Assembly (NCBI GenBank): GCA_942493185.1
Contig: OW818673.1
Location: 1,823,517 to 1,887,516, forward strand
Reading direction: 5' to 3'
Length of the DNA: 64,000 bases
Origin: an uncultured Bacillales bacterium
GTDB lineage: Bacteria; Bacillota_I; Bacilli_A; Izemoplasmatales; Hujiaoplasmataceae
The notes below the pieces were generated by a model. That model did no database searches. It saw only the letters and a list, made by a program, of their open reading frames with translations, and was not told where the DNA came from. Both the position numbers and the translations under genes were made by a program. Within the stretch, counting starts at the first letter, position 1. Each line of letters begins with the position of its first letter. Below are positions 9,261 to 18,330 of the stretch, in pieces.

Positions 9261-10494
9261 TGAGTTTCTCCTCTATTTCTCGGAGTATTTCCGGTTTTTG
9301 TCCCACGATTTTTATCCATAAATCCGCATATTTTTGATAATAAGGAGCACGAATTAACGCCAAACGTTCCACGTCTATGGGAGATTGAATCAAAGGGCGG
9401 TTTTTAATATCGACGTCCATAATTTTATGGTAGTCTTTATCCAGATAGATGATGATGCCGTTTTGTTTTAATTTGTTCATCAATTCAGCATTCATAATCA
9501 TACCACCTCCCGTTGAGATGATTTGACCATTCTTTTGATAGAGGGTATCTATTAATTCACTTTCCAAACGGCGGAAATAAGGCTCGCCTTGGGAAGCGAA
9601 AATCTCGCTAATGGATTTTTGTTCGTTTTGTTCGATGAAAGAATCGGTATCGATAACCGTCTTTTGATAACGTTCTTTTAATAAGGACGCATATAACGTT
9701 TTTCCAGACAAAGGCAATCCAACCAACACCAAGTTCGATTGTAATCGAAACAAGGTATCATAAATGCTTTTGCTTATCGAGTGATTGATATTCTTGTCAT
9801 TCAAAAACAATTCACGACTGGCCTTTGCTTGCATAACCAACATATATAAACCATTGACCGCTTGAATGCCTTGTAATTCTGCCCAGACCAACAAGTTTGT
9901 TTTTAATGGATTATAAATCAGATCGACGACGCTTTGTAACTTGGTAAAACCGGATAATGAAAACATCAATGGATCATCGTTATGAGGATACATCCCGATG
10001 GGTGTTGTATTGAATATGATTTCATAATCCAAAACCGATGAAAGGTCACTAACGGGACGTTCATCCGCCAATTTTGGATGACGACACAATTTAGTGACGA
10101 TGGATGCGCCCATATTCGTTGCCAGAAGCACCGCCGTTTTTGCGGCACCGCCGTTGCCAAGAATCAGGACTTTTTTGTTTTTAAGAGTGATATGGTGGTG
10201 TTGTAACAATTTAAACAAGCCATAATAATCGGTATTATAGCCTATTTTTTTACCATCTCGAAGGACAACGGTATTAACCGCTCCAATGGTTTTGGCAATG
10301 CCATCTAAACCATCTAAGTAAGGAATAATGGCTTCTTTATAAGGAATGGTCACATTCATTCCTTCAAAATCGGCTTTATTCATAAAAGCAGATAAATCAT
10401 CTGTTTCCCATATTTGGTAATGAGGATCCCCTAGCAGTGCATGAATGGTGGGAGACAAGGAGTGAGTCAGTTTTTTTCCAAGCAAACCAAACAT
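9241..10494 (-). CDS. aroE/aroK: Bifunctional shikimate dehydrogenase / shikimate kinase fusion
   Basis: 417 aa. The N-terminal ~250 aa carry AroE motifs (HSLSPTIH, NVTIPYKE, NTDYYG, GNGGAAKTA). The C-terminal ~165 aa carry AroK motifs (P-loop GLPLSGKT, IDTDS, STGGGM). It overlaps the aroQ start by 20 nt. Confidence 0.88.
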   Translation of the reverse strand: MFGLLGKKLTHSLSPTIHALLGDPHYQIWETDDLSAFMNKADFEGMNVTIPYKEAIIPYLDGLDGIAKTIGAVNTVVLRDGKKIGYNTDYYGLFKLLQHHHITLKNKKVLILGNGGAAKTAVLLATNMGASIVTKLCRHPKLADERPVSDLSSVLDYEIIFNTTPIGMYPHNDDPLMFSLSGFTKLQSVVDLIYNPLKTNLLVWAELQGIQAVNGLYMLVMQAKASRELFLNDKNINHSISKSIYDTLFRLQSNLVLVGLPLSGKTLYASLLKERYQKTVIDTDSFIEQNEQKSISEIFASQGEPYFRRLESELIDTLYQKNGQIISTGGGMIMNAELMNKLKQNGIIIYLDKDYHKIMDVDIKNRPLIQSPIDVERLALIRAPYYQKYADLWIKIVGQKPEILREIEEKLNDYFNR

Positions 10495-10495
10495 C

Positions 10496-11593
10496 TTATT
10501 TCATCCAATCCACAGCGTGCGCTGTAACCAATAAATCGAGGATTCCATAATAGATGGCCGCATTGATTACGTGAACAACTCTGTTTACAATCGCTGGGTC
10601 ATGTCGACCTTTTATCGAAAGTTCCACATTTTCAAGCGATTCTAAATTGATAGAAGCTTGAGGTAGGCCAATGGATGGGGTCGGTTTTATCGCTGTTCTT
10701 ATGATAATGGGCATTCCGGTTGAGATTCCTCCCAAAACACCGCCATTATGATTAGAAAGGGTGGTCACTTTTCCGGATTCATCGAGATGATAAGCATCAT
10801 TGACTTCAGATCCATAATGGTTGGTTATTTCAAATCCCGAGCCAAATTCAACACCTTTGATTGCAGGAATGCTATAAAGGAGCGCGGCTAAGTGACTTTC
10901 AATAGACATAAACAACGGTTCGCCTACCCCACCAGGAAGATTGATAATGGCAGTTTCAACGATTCCGCCGACGGAATCTTCTTTGGTTTTTGTTTCTAAG
11001 ATGAAATCGCGCATCGGTTGTTCAACATCGGGATTGATCAACGGGAAATCCAAAGTTTGTAATTTTTTTACAAGCCCTGGTTCAACGCTCGTTGGGTTGA
11101 AACCAGAATCTGACAAATGATGGAGAGACAAGATATGCGAAGCAACTTCAATGCCTTTTTGGTTGAGTATTTGTTTGGCAATGGCACCCACAATCATCAT
11201 TAAAACGGTGATTCTTCCAGAAAAGATGCCCCCGCCTCGAGGATCATTTTTTCCGTCATATTTTATATATGCAGAATAATCGGCGTGACTGGGTCTTGGG
11301 GTTTTTGATATATCTTGATAATCTTCGGATATTTTATTGTTATTGGGGACGATAAAAGTCAAGGCGGCACCCGTGGTCACGCCTTGATATAATCCGCTTA
11401 ATACTTGATAATGGTCTGTTTCTGAACGCGAGGTCGAATAAATACTTTTGGGGCGTCTTTTGGTGAGTTCAGAATCAATCAACGAAAAATCGATGGATAG
11501 TCCGGCGATTAAACCGTCAATTACAATGCCAATATAGTCGCCATGAGACTCCCCAAAGAGAGTCACTTTAACGGATTTGCCGAAACTGTTCAT
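10496..11593 (-). CDS. aroC: Chorismate synthase
   Basis: 365 aa with GESHG, RPSHADY and GRHDP motifs. Confidence 0.96.
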   Translation of the reverse strand: MNSFGKSVKVTLFGESHGDYIGIVIDGLIAGLSIDFSLIDSELTKRRPKSIYSTSRSETDHYQVLSGLYQGVTTGAALTFIVPNNNKISEDYQDISKTPRPSHADYSAYIKYDGKNDPRGGGIFSGRITVLMMIVGAIAKQILNQKGIEVASHILSLHHLSDSGFNPTSVEPGLVKKLQTLDFPLINPDVEQPMRDFILETKTKEDSVGGIVETAIINLPGGVGEPLFMSIESHLAALLYSIPAIKGVEFGSGFEITNHYGSEVNDAYHLDESGKVTTLSNHNGGVLGGISTGMPIIIRTAIKPTPSIGLPQASINLESLENVELSIKGRHDPAIVNRVVHVINAAIYYGILDLLVTAHAVDWMK

Positions 11594-11612
11594 TTAATCA
11601 CTTCCATTTTAT

Positions 11613-12599
11613 CTAGATTTTAAATTGCGATTTCACAATGACAGAAGAACCGATTTCGGTGACATCAACGATTTTTAACAAATCTTTACGGCCTTTTTTA
11701 TCACGGTTGATAAAGACTTTAAGTTCTTCGAAACTAACAGGGTCACTGGTGGGGAGATCATATTTTTTTAAACAATCGATGAGTTCTTTTTTAATATCCT
11801 GGTTTGAAAGAATCTGAACCATTCCAATGGAGACAGCTTCCCCATGCAGATATTTTTTATATTCATAATACGTTTCTAACGCATGTCCGATGGTATGGCC
11901 AAAATTAAGAGACTGACGAATGCTATTGTCAAATTCATCAGCTTCAACGTAACGGCGTTTAATTTCTAACGACTTATGAATGTAATAATCCCAATCGGCT
12001 GAAACAGTCTCGTTTTTAATCTTTTCAAAGAACGCTTTATCCGCAATCATTCCGTATTTAATCATTTCAGCCATGCCGGCATTGATTTGACGAAGCGGCA
12101 ATGTTTTTAATGTTTCGGGATCAATCAATACTTTTTTAGGAGGATAAATGGATCCAATGATATTTTTGGCACCATCGGTATTAATTGCTACTTTTCCACC
12201 AACCGATGAATCAATCTGTGCGAGCAAAGAGGTTGGAATTTGAACATATGCGATGCCGCGTAAATAGACCGAAGCGATGAATCCGGCTAAATCACCGGTA
12301 ACACCACCGCCAAGGGCGATAATGCAAGCATCTTTATGAATGTTTTGAGCAACAATAATGTTAATAATGCGGGAGAATTCAGCCATAGATTTACTTTGTT
12401 CCCCAGCCGGAAAATGAATAAGTAGATGATGAGGGCACGCATCTTTTACCGCATTTATATACTGATTGGGAATTTGATCATCAGCGATAATCACATAGTA
12501 AATTTCTGGGTCTAGATAATTTGAAAGATGTTTTAACAATCCTGATTCTATAAAAACATCATATGTTCCAGCATGAGACTTGACGCTGAGTTGGCGCAT
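11613..12599 (-). CDS. aroB: 3-dehydroquinate synthase
   Basis: 328 aa with GGGVTGDLAGF, and metal ligands in the NFGHTIGHALE and HGEAVSIG motifs. Confidence 0.94.
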   Translation of the reverse strand: MRQLSVKSHAGTYDVFIESGLLKHLSNYLDPEIYYVIIADDQIPNQYINAVKDACPHHLLIHFPAGEQSKSMAEFSRIINIIVAQNIHKDACIIALGGGVTGDLAGFIASVYLRGIAYVQIPTSLLAQIDSSVGGKVAINTDGAKNIIGSIYPPKKVLIDPETLKTLPLRQINAGMAEMIKYGMIADKAFFEKIKNETVSADWDYYIHKSLEIKRRYVEADEFDNSIRQSLNFGHTIGHALETYYEYKKYLHGEAVSIGMVQILSNQDIKKELIDCLKKYDLPTSDPVSFEELKVFINRDKKGRKDLLKIVDVTEIGSSVIVKSQFKI

Positions 12600-12601
12600 T
12601 T

Positions 12602-13867
12602 TTATTCCTCCATTAGGGTGAATTTTCCGCCCAAAGTTTGATAATCATCAAAGAAGGTTGGATAAGACTTGTTGATGGCTTCGGCGTTTTTAATGGTGAC
12701 GGGATGATTTGCTTTTATGGCCGCAATCGCAACAGCCATGACAATACGGTGATCATTGAAAGATTCAAAAATCCCACCTTCTACCAAAGGTTGACCTTTG
12801 ATGATGAGCGAGGAATCGGTCATCTGAACATCGACATTCATTTTCCGCAAAGTTTCATAGGTTGATTGTAATCGATTCGATTCTTTATACTTCAATCTTG
12901 CTGCATTTTCAATGACGGTGGTGCCTTCAGATAAAGCGCCTAAGATTGCAAGAATGGGAGCGATATCCGGAGATTGACTGACATCGATGGTGGTTCCCAC
13001 CGTGTTGGAGTAATGAAAATTAATAGCATTTTCAGACCAATCAAAAAATCCATTCATTTGACGCAGACAATCAAGGATTCGGCGGTCCGGTTGAATGGAA
13101 TCCTTTACCATGTTTTTACATAAGATATCGCCACTTAGCATACCGGCGACACCAAAGAAAGCCATTTGAGAATAATCTCCCTCGATGATGACGTGGGTGG
13201 GTGAATATTTTTGGTTTCCGCGAATAAAGTATTTCGCTTCACCGACGGTCACCTCAACACCAAACTGTTTTAAGGTATCAATGGTCATATCGATATATTC
13301 TTTTGATTCTAATTCGCCCTCAATCTCAATGACTGAATCCCCTTTTAATAAGGGCAAGGCAAACATCAATCCGGAAACAAATTGGCTCGAAATATTACCC
13401 GGGATGTGATAAGTACCCTCAGGTAATGCGCCATTGATGATAATGGATTTCTCATTGGCTTGGTAACAAAGATTGAAGCTTTTAAATAATTGTTCATAAA
13501 CGCTCATGGGTCTTTTAAACAATCCGGGTTTCCCGATTAACACGATTTTTTGACGGCTCAAGGATAATAACGGAATTAAGAACCGAAGGGTTGACCCTGA
13601 TTCATTGCAATCGATAAAATTATCATCGTTAATTGAAATTCTTGAGACACCTTGGATAATCAATTGATGATTATTACGAATTACTTTCGCACCAATTTTT
13701 TCCATGGCCGAGAGTGTTGCCAAAACATCGTCGCTTAAAACGACGTTGTTAATAACGCTTTTTCCTTTGGCCAACGCTGCACAAATAATTGCCCGGTGCG
13801 ATTGACTTTTGGAAGGCGGAACCGATATTGTTCCACTGAGCTTTGAGGGGTTTATTAAGACATTCAT
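12602..13867 (-). CDS. aroA: 3-phosphoshikimate 1-carboxyvinyltransferase (EPSP synthase)
   Basis: 421 aa with PPSKSQSHRA and NESGSTLRFL motifs. It has a 4-nt overlap with tyrA. Confidence 0.96.
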   Translation of the reverse strand: MNVLINPSKLSGTISVPPSKSQSHRAIICAALAKGKSVINNVVLSDDVLATLSAMEKIGAKVIRNNHQLIIQGVSRISINDDNFIDCNESGSTLRFLIPLLSLSRQKIVLIGKPGLFKRPMSVYEQLFKSFNLCYQANEKSIIINGALPEGTYHIPGNISSQFVSGLMFALPLLKGDSVIEIEGELESKEYIDMTIDTLKQFGVEVTVGEAKYFIRGNQKYSPTHVIIEGDYSQMAFFGVAGMLSGDILCKNMVKDSIQPDRRILDCLRQMNGFFDWSENAINFHYSNTVGTTIDVSQSPDIAPILAILGALSEGTTVIENAARLKYKESNRLQSTYETLRKMNVDVQMTDSSLIIKGQPLVEGGIFESFNDHRIVMAVAIAAIKANHPVTIKNAEAINKSYPTFFDDYQTLGGKFTLMEE

Positions 13868-14709
13868 TTCATACCCTCCTTTTCCAATTCTAATCGAATG
13901 GTTTTAGCCTCGTTCATCAGTATTACAAGAGCTTCTTCATCGTATGTTTCGATGCTCTTTTCAAACGCACTTAGTGAGGCTTTAAATTGTTTAATTTTTT
14001 TAAGTAGTTCATCACGATTTTCCATAAATAACTCCGCCCATAAAGGTGCATTAATCATCGCAATACGGGTTAAATCGCGGTAAGAGTCGCCGATAAATTT
14101 TCTCGTTTCAAACGTTCCTTGATCACTATGAACCAACGCCAATGAAAGCACGTGAGTTAACTGAGACGTATAGGCGATGATCTCGTCATGTTTGTTGGGA
14201 CTTAAATAAGAGATGGATGAAAAGCCCATTTCTTTCGCAAGTCGTTCTGTCAAAATTAACGCTTGTTCTGTATTCCGGTCTAGAGGGGTTATGATATAGT
14301 TCGCATTGGTAAATATTGAAGCGTTTGAGGATGCAACGCCGATTTTTTCACGTCCGGCGATTGGGTGGGAATACACCAGTTCAAACGTACTCTTTAACAA
14401 GGGTTCTAATTGTGCAACCAGTGACAGTTTCACACCGGAGATTTCAATAAGAATGGTATTCGGTTGTATCCGTTGAACGGCTTGATTGAGGAAGGTAACC
14501 AGTTCCCTGGGATAAAGACAAAGGTAGACAACGTCCACGTTTAAAAAGAACTGTAAGGCATCTGTATACCCATAATCAATGATGCGCTTCTCTTTAGCAA
14601 AAGAGAGGGCGAATTGATCACGATCAAGCGCATGAATCTCATAGTTTGATTTCAATGCTTTGGCGATACTACCGCCCATTAATCCAAGTCCAACAATTCC
14701 CACACGCAT
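13864..14709 (-). CDS. tyrA: Prephenate dehydrogenase
   Basis: 281 aa with an N-terminal Rossmann motif VGIVGLGLMGGS and an HPIAGRE motif. It is the first gene of the aro operon. Confidence 0.88.
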   Translation of the reverse strand: MRVGIVGLGLMGGSIAKALKSNYEIHALDRDQFALSFAKEKRIIDYGYTDALQFFLNVDVVYLCLYPRELVTFLNQAVQRIQPNTILIEISGVKLSLVAQLEPLLKSTFELVYSHPIAGREKIGVASSNASIFTNANYIITPLDRNTEQALILTERLAKEMGFSSISYLSPNKHDEIIAYTSQLTHVLSLALVHSDQGTFETRKFIGDSYRDLTRIAMINAPLWAELFMENRDELLKKIKQFKASLSAFEKSIETYDEEALVILMNEAKTIRLELEKEGMK

Positions 14710-14860
14710 ATGAGTACACCCCTCATTATATTTTATAATATTTTACCATAATTAGGACATAGATATATCGAAATCCGTTATTTTCAGTAAATACTGCACT
14801 TTTTCAAAATTTTATGGATGGATTTTCCTGAAGGAATGTCTTTTTATCATCCCTGTAATA

Positions 14861-14869
14861 TGATATAAT
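14861..14869 (+). promoter_or_regulatory. Extended -10 (TGATATAAT) for folD-purB-patB
   Basis: Exact TGATATAAT about 135 nt upstream of the folD ATG. Confidence 0.45.
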
Positions 14870-15005
14870 TGTTTCAAAGCTCGACAGTTTCACGAGATCG
14901 TATTTTTACTGTAAAAAGTCTTTGATAAAAAAATCAGTTTATTTTCCTATTGTTTAAAAAAGCTCCTCAAACACGTCCTATAAATAACCAAAGGAGACAA
15001 TCATA

Positions 15006-15857
15006 ATGGCCCAAATTCTTGATGGTAAAGCCCTCGCTCTTGAAATCAGAGAATCCATTAAAAAACAAGTAGAAATATTGATTCATAATAACGGAATAAC
15101 GCCTCATCTGGCGGTTATTCTGGTTGGTGATAACCCCGCAAGTCAATCCTATGTAAAAGGAAAAGAGACCGCCTGTATAAAAGCGGGAATTAAAAGTACA
15201 GTCGTTCGCTTGCCTGAGACAGTGACGGCATTAGAACTTTCAAAGTGTATCGATGATTTAAACGCCGATCATACTGTGCACGGAATCTTATTACAACTGC
15301 CCATTCCCAAACATTTGAATGCCGATCATTTCGTTTCCCAGATTCGGTCTGATAAAGACGTTGACGGATTTACGCCTGAGAATGTCGCAAAATTAACCAA
15401 CGGCACCCCTTATTTGGTTCCTTGTACTCCCCTTGGCATTATTAGAATTCTTAAGAAGTATCAAATTCCCATCGAAGGAAAACATTGCGTGGTTATTGGC
15501 CGAAGCCAAATCGTTGGAAAACCGATGGCTTCCTTATTACTCAAAGAAAACGGCACTGTCACCATTTGTCACAGTAAGACTTCTTCATTACCCGAAATGG
15601 CAAAAACAGCGGATATCTTAGTGGTGGCGATGGGGAAACCCAAGATGGTTGATGGCTCCTATATTAAAATCGGTGCCACCGTTATTGATGTGGGAATTTC
15701 AAAAGTTGATGGAGTTATTGTGGGCGACGTTGATTATGAATCCGCTGAAAAATTAGCCGGATATATCACCCCTGTTCCTGGCGGCGTGGGACCCATGACG
15801 ATTGCATGTTTATTAGAAAACACACTGACTTGCTACAAAGGATTGGTTGGCGCTTAA
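15006..15857 (+). CDS. folD: Bifunctional methylenetetrahydrofolate dehydrogenase / methenyl-THF cyclohydrolase
   Basis: 283 aa with ILDGK, YVKGKE, GILLQLPLP-like, DVDGF and PVPGGVGPMT motifs. Confidence 0.96.
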   Translation: MAQILDGKALALEIRESIKKQVEILIHNNGITPHLAVILVGDNPASQSYVKGKETACIKAGIKSTVVRLPETVTALELSKCIDDLNADHTVHGILLQLPIPKHLNADHFVSQIRSDKDVDGFTPENVAKLTNGTPYLVPCTPLGIIRILKKYQIPIEGKHCVVIGRSQIVGKPMASLLLKENGTVTICHSKTSSLPEMAKTADILVVAMGKPKMVDGSYIKIGATVIDVGISKVDGVIVGDVDYESAEKLAGYITPVPGGVGPMTIACLLENTLTCYKGLVGA

Positions 15858-15858
15858 G

Positions 15859-17160
15859 ATGATTGAACGATACACAAGACCGCAAATGGCGGCGATATGG
15901 ACTGAGCAATTTAAGTTTGATACCTTTCTTAAAATAGAAATTTTAAACGCCGAAGCCTTAGCATCCAAAGGATTGATGACGGCCGATGAACTGAACGCCA
16001 TTCAAAAAAAAGCTTCATTTTCAATTGATCGAATCAAAGAAATTGAAAAGGAGACACGGCACGACGTCATCGCTTTTACCAGAACGGTGTCTGAATCATT
16101 AGGTCCGGAAAAACGGTTTATTCATTACGGATTAACCTCTACGGATGTTGTCGATACCGCCAATGGCTATATCCTTAAACAAGCCAATACGTTAATCAAA
16201 GAAGATTTAATCCGTTTTTCGAATGTTTTAAAGCAGAAGGCGCTGGCTTATAAAAACATTTTTTGCATCGGCAGGACCCACGGAATCCACGCAGACATCA
16301 CCACTTTTGGATTAAAGTGGGCGCTTTGGTATGACGAAATGCAACGTAATATCAGACGGTTTAATGATGCTAGTAAAGATATCGAATGCGGAAAGATTAG
16401 TGGAGCAGTTGGAAATTATGCCTTTACGGATCCGTACGTTGAAAAATATATCATCGAACGATTAGGCATTCATCAAGTTCATATTTCCACACAAACATTA
16501 CAACGAGATCGTCACGCCTATTATTTATCGGTTCTTGCCTTAATCGGCGCATCCATGGAAAAAATTGCGACCGAAATTCGACATCTTCAACGCACCGAAG
16601 TTCGAGAGGTCTCCGAACGCTTCGAACTTGGTCAAAAAGGATCCTCCGCCATGCCTCACAAACAAAATCCGATTGTTTCTGAAAATATTTCCGGACTCTC
16701 AAGAATATTACGAGGGTACGTCATTCCGGGATATGAAGATGTTTCTTTATGGCATGAACGTGATATCAGCCATTCAAGCGTTGAACGCATCATTTTACCC
16801 GATGCGACAATCCTGGTTGATTACATGCTCAATCGCTTCGCCGACCTATTAGAAAATTTGATGGTATTCCCCGAAAGAATGTTAGAAAACATCCAATTAA
16901 CCAAAGGATTGGTGTTCTCTCAACGAGTTTTACAAGCATTGATTGACGCTTCTTTTTCGAGGGAAGAAGCGTACGATTTGGTTCAAAGCCTGGCACTTCA
17001 AGCGTTTAAAGAAGGGCTTGATTTTAAACAACTCGTCAAAGAGAATCCTCAAATACAAGCTATTTTATCCACAAGTGACATTGAAGACCTTTTTAAATTA
17101 GACTATTATCAACGCAACATCGATTTTATCTACAATCAGGTTTTTACTAACGGAGAGTAA
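15859..17160 (+). CDS. purB: Adenylosuccinate lyase
   Basis: Fumarate-lyase signature GSSAMPHKQNP. I prefer the ATG at 15859 (MIERYTRPQM...), just after the folD stop, over the TTG at 15847 given in the ORF track. Confidence 0.95.
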   Translation: MIERYTRPQMAAIWTEQFKFDTFLKIEILNAEALASKGLMTADELNAIQKKASFSIDRIKEIEKETRHDVIAFTRTVSESLGPEKRFIHYGLTSTDVVDTANGYILKQANTLIKEDLIRFSNVLKQKALAYKNIFCIGRTHGIHADITTFGLKWALWYDEMQRNIRRFNDASKDIECGKISGAVGNYAFTDPYVEKYIIERLGIHQVHISTQTLQRDRHAYYLSVLALIGASMEKIATEIRHLQRTEVREVSERFELGQKGSSAMPHKQNPIVSENISGLSRILRGYVIPGYEDVSLWHERDISHSSVERIILPDATILVDYMLNRFADLLENLMVFPERMLENIQLTKGLVFSQRVLQALIDASFSREEAYDLVQSLALQAFKEGLDFKQLVKENPQIQAILSTSDIEDLFKLDYYQRNIDFIYNQVFTNGE

Positions 17161-17161
17161 C

Positions 17162-18316
17162 ATGAGACAATACGATTTCGACCCAGTCATTTGCAGAGAA
17201 AATACCTGTAGTATCAAAAATGATGTCCGTGATTGTTCCGACATGCTGTGCATGTGGGTAGCGGACATGGATTTTGCGGTCGCAGAGCCTATTAGCGACG
17301 CTATCAAAACCCGGGCTTGTCACCCAATTTATGGGTATTCTTACATCCCTGATACTTTATTTCAGTCGGTAAGTGCTTGGTATTTAAAACGACAAGGAAT
17401 ATTGTATGACCCGACCCTCATTTTGCCTTATTACAGTGTTGTTTCAGCGATTTCTTTAACCCTATTAGCGCTCACCAAAGAAGGTGACGGCGTAACCATC
17501 ATGGCGCCAACGTACATGAATTTTCCCCCCGCTGTTGAAGGCGTCAAAAGGGTTATTCATTACTGTCCTTTAATCAATAACAACGGAATTTATGAAGTTG
17601 ATTTCGTACAATTTGAAGCTTGTTTGGCAAAATCAAAAGTCTTTTTACATTGTTCTCCGCATAATCCCTCAGGTCGTGTATGGACCCTATCAGAACAAGT
17701 TCGAATGGCGGAATTATGTGAAAAACACCATGTTTTGGTGATTAGTGATGAAATCCATTCTGATTTAATTATGCCAGGATATAAACACATCCCTTTCTTA
17801 ATCGCCTATCCAAAAGCGAAAGAATTCACTGTGACGATGTTATCCGCCACCAAAACGTTTAACTTGGCGCACAATGGGATGGCATTTATCATGCCTATCA
17901 CCAATCAACGACATCATCAAATAAAATCATTGATGGATTCGATGCATTTGGGATCGATGAATATTTTTGCGACGACCGCCGTTAACGCTGCGTATGAAGC
18001 GGGAGAAGAATGGCTTGATCAAGTATTGGCATACATCTATAAGAATTATTTACACATTAAAAACACCGTTGAAACCCATTATTCCAAAATAAAAATATTA
18101 CCCCTAGAAGGCACATATCTAATGTGGTTTGACTGCCGCGAATTAGGCATACCTGTTACGGAATTATTTGAGAAATCCGGACATATTTTAGGGGAAGACG
18201 GTATTTTATTTGGACCTCACGGGAAAGGGTATTACCGGTTGAATATTGCGACATCAAGAATCATCATAGATGAAATGCTTCATCGTCTCGATAAAGCTTA
18301 TCATACTCATTTTTAA
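17162..18316 (+). CDS. MalY/PatB-type PLP-dependent C-S lyase (cystathionine beta-lyase-like)
   Basis: 384 aa. MWVADMDF near the N-terminus and the SATKTFN lysine motif are typical of PatB/MalY. Its start is 1 nt after the purB stop. Confidence 0.85.
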   Translation: MRQYDFDPVICRENTCSIKNDVRDCSDMLCMWVADMDFAVAEPISDAIKTRACHPIYGYSYIPDTLFQSVSAWYLKRQGILYDPTLILPYYSVVSAISLTLLALTKEGDGVTIMAPTYMNFPPAVEGVKRVIHYCPLINNNGIYEVDFVQFEACLAKSKVFLHCSPHNPSGRVWTLSEQVRMAELCEKHHVLVISDEIHSDLIMPGYKHIPFLIAYPKAKEFTVTMLSATKTFNLAHNGMAFIMPITNQRHHQIKSLMDSMHLGSMNIFATTAVNAAYEAGEEWLDQVLAYIYKNYLHIKNTVETHYSKIKILPLEGTYLMWFDCRELGIPVTELFEKSGHILGEDGILFGPHGKGYYRLNIATSRIIIDEMLHRLDKAYHTHF

Positions 18317-18330
18317 TCAAGGAGAGTTGA

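Noticed and set aside
14870-15005. Possible riboswitch (ZTP/pfl or THF) in the ~135-nt folD leader
   Set aside because: I found no ZTP core (GGGTCGTGAC...CCGGGCGGA...CCGCCTGGGC-like) or THF motif. There is only a small AT-rich hairpin (ttttac/gtaaaa) with no terminator.
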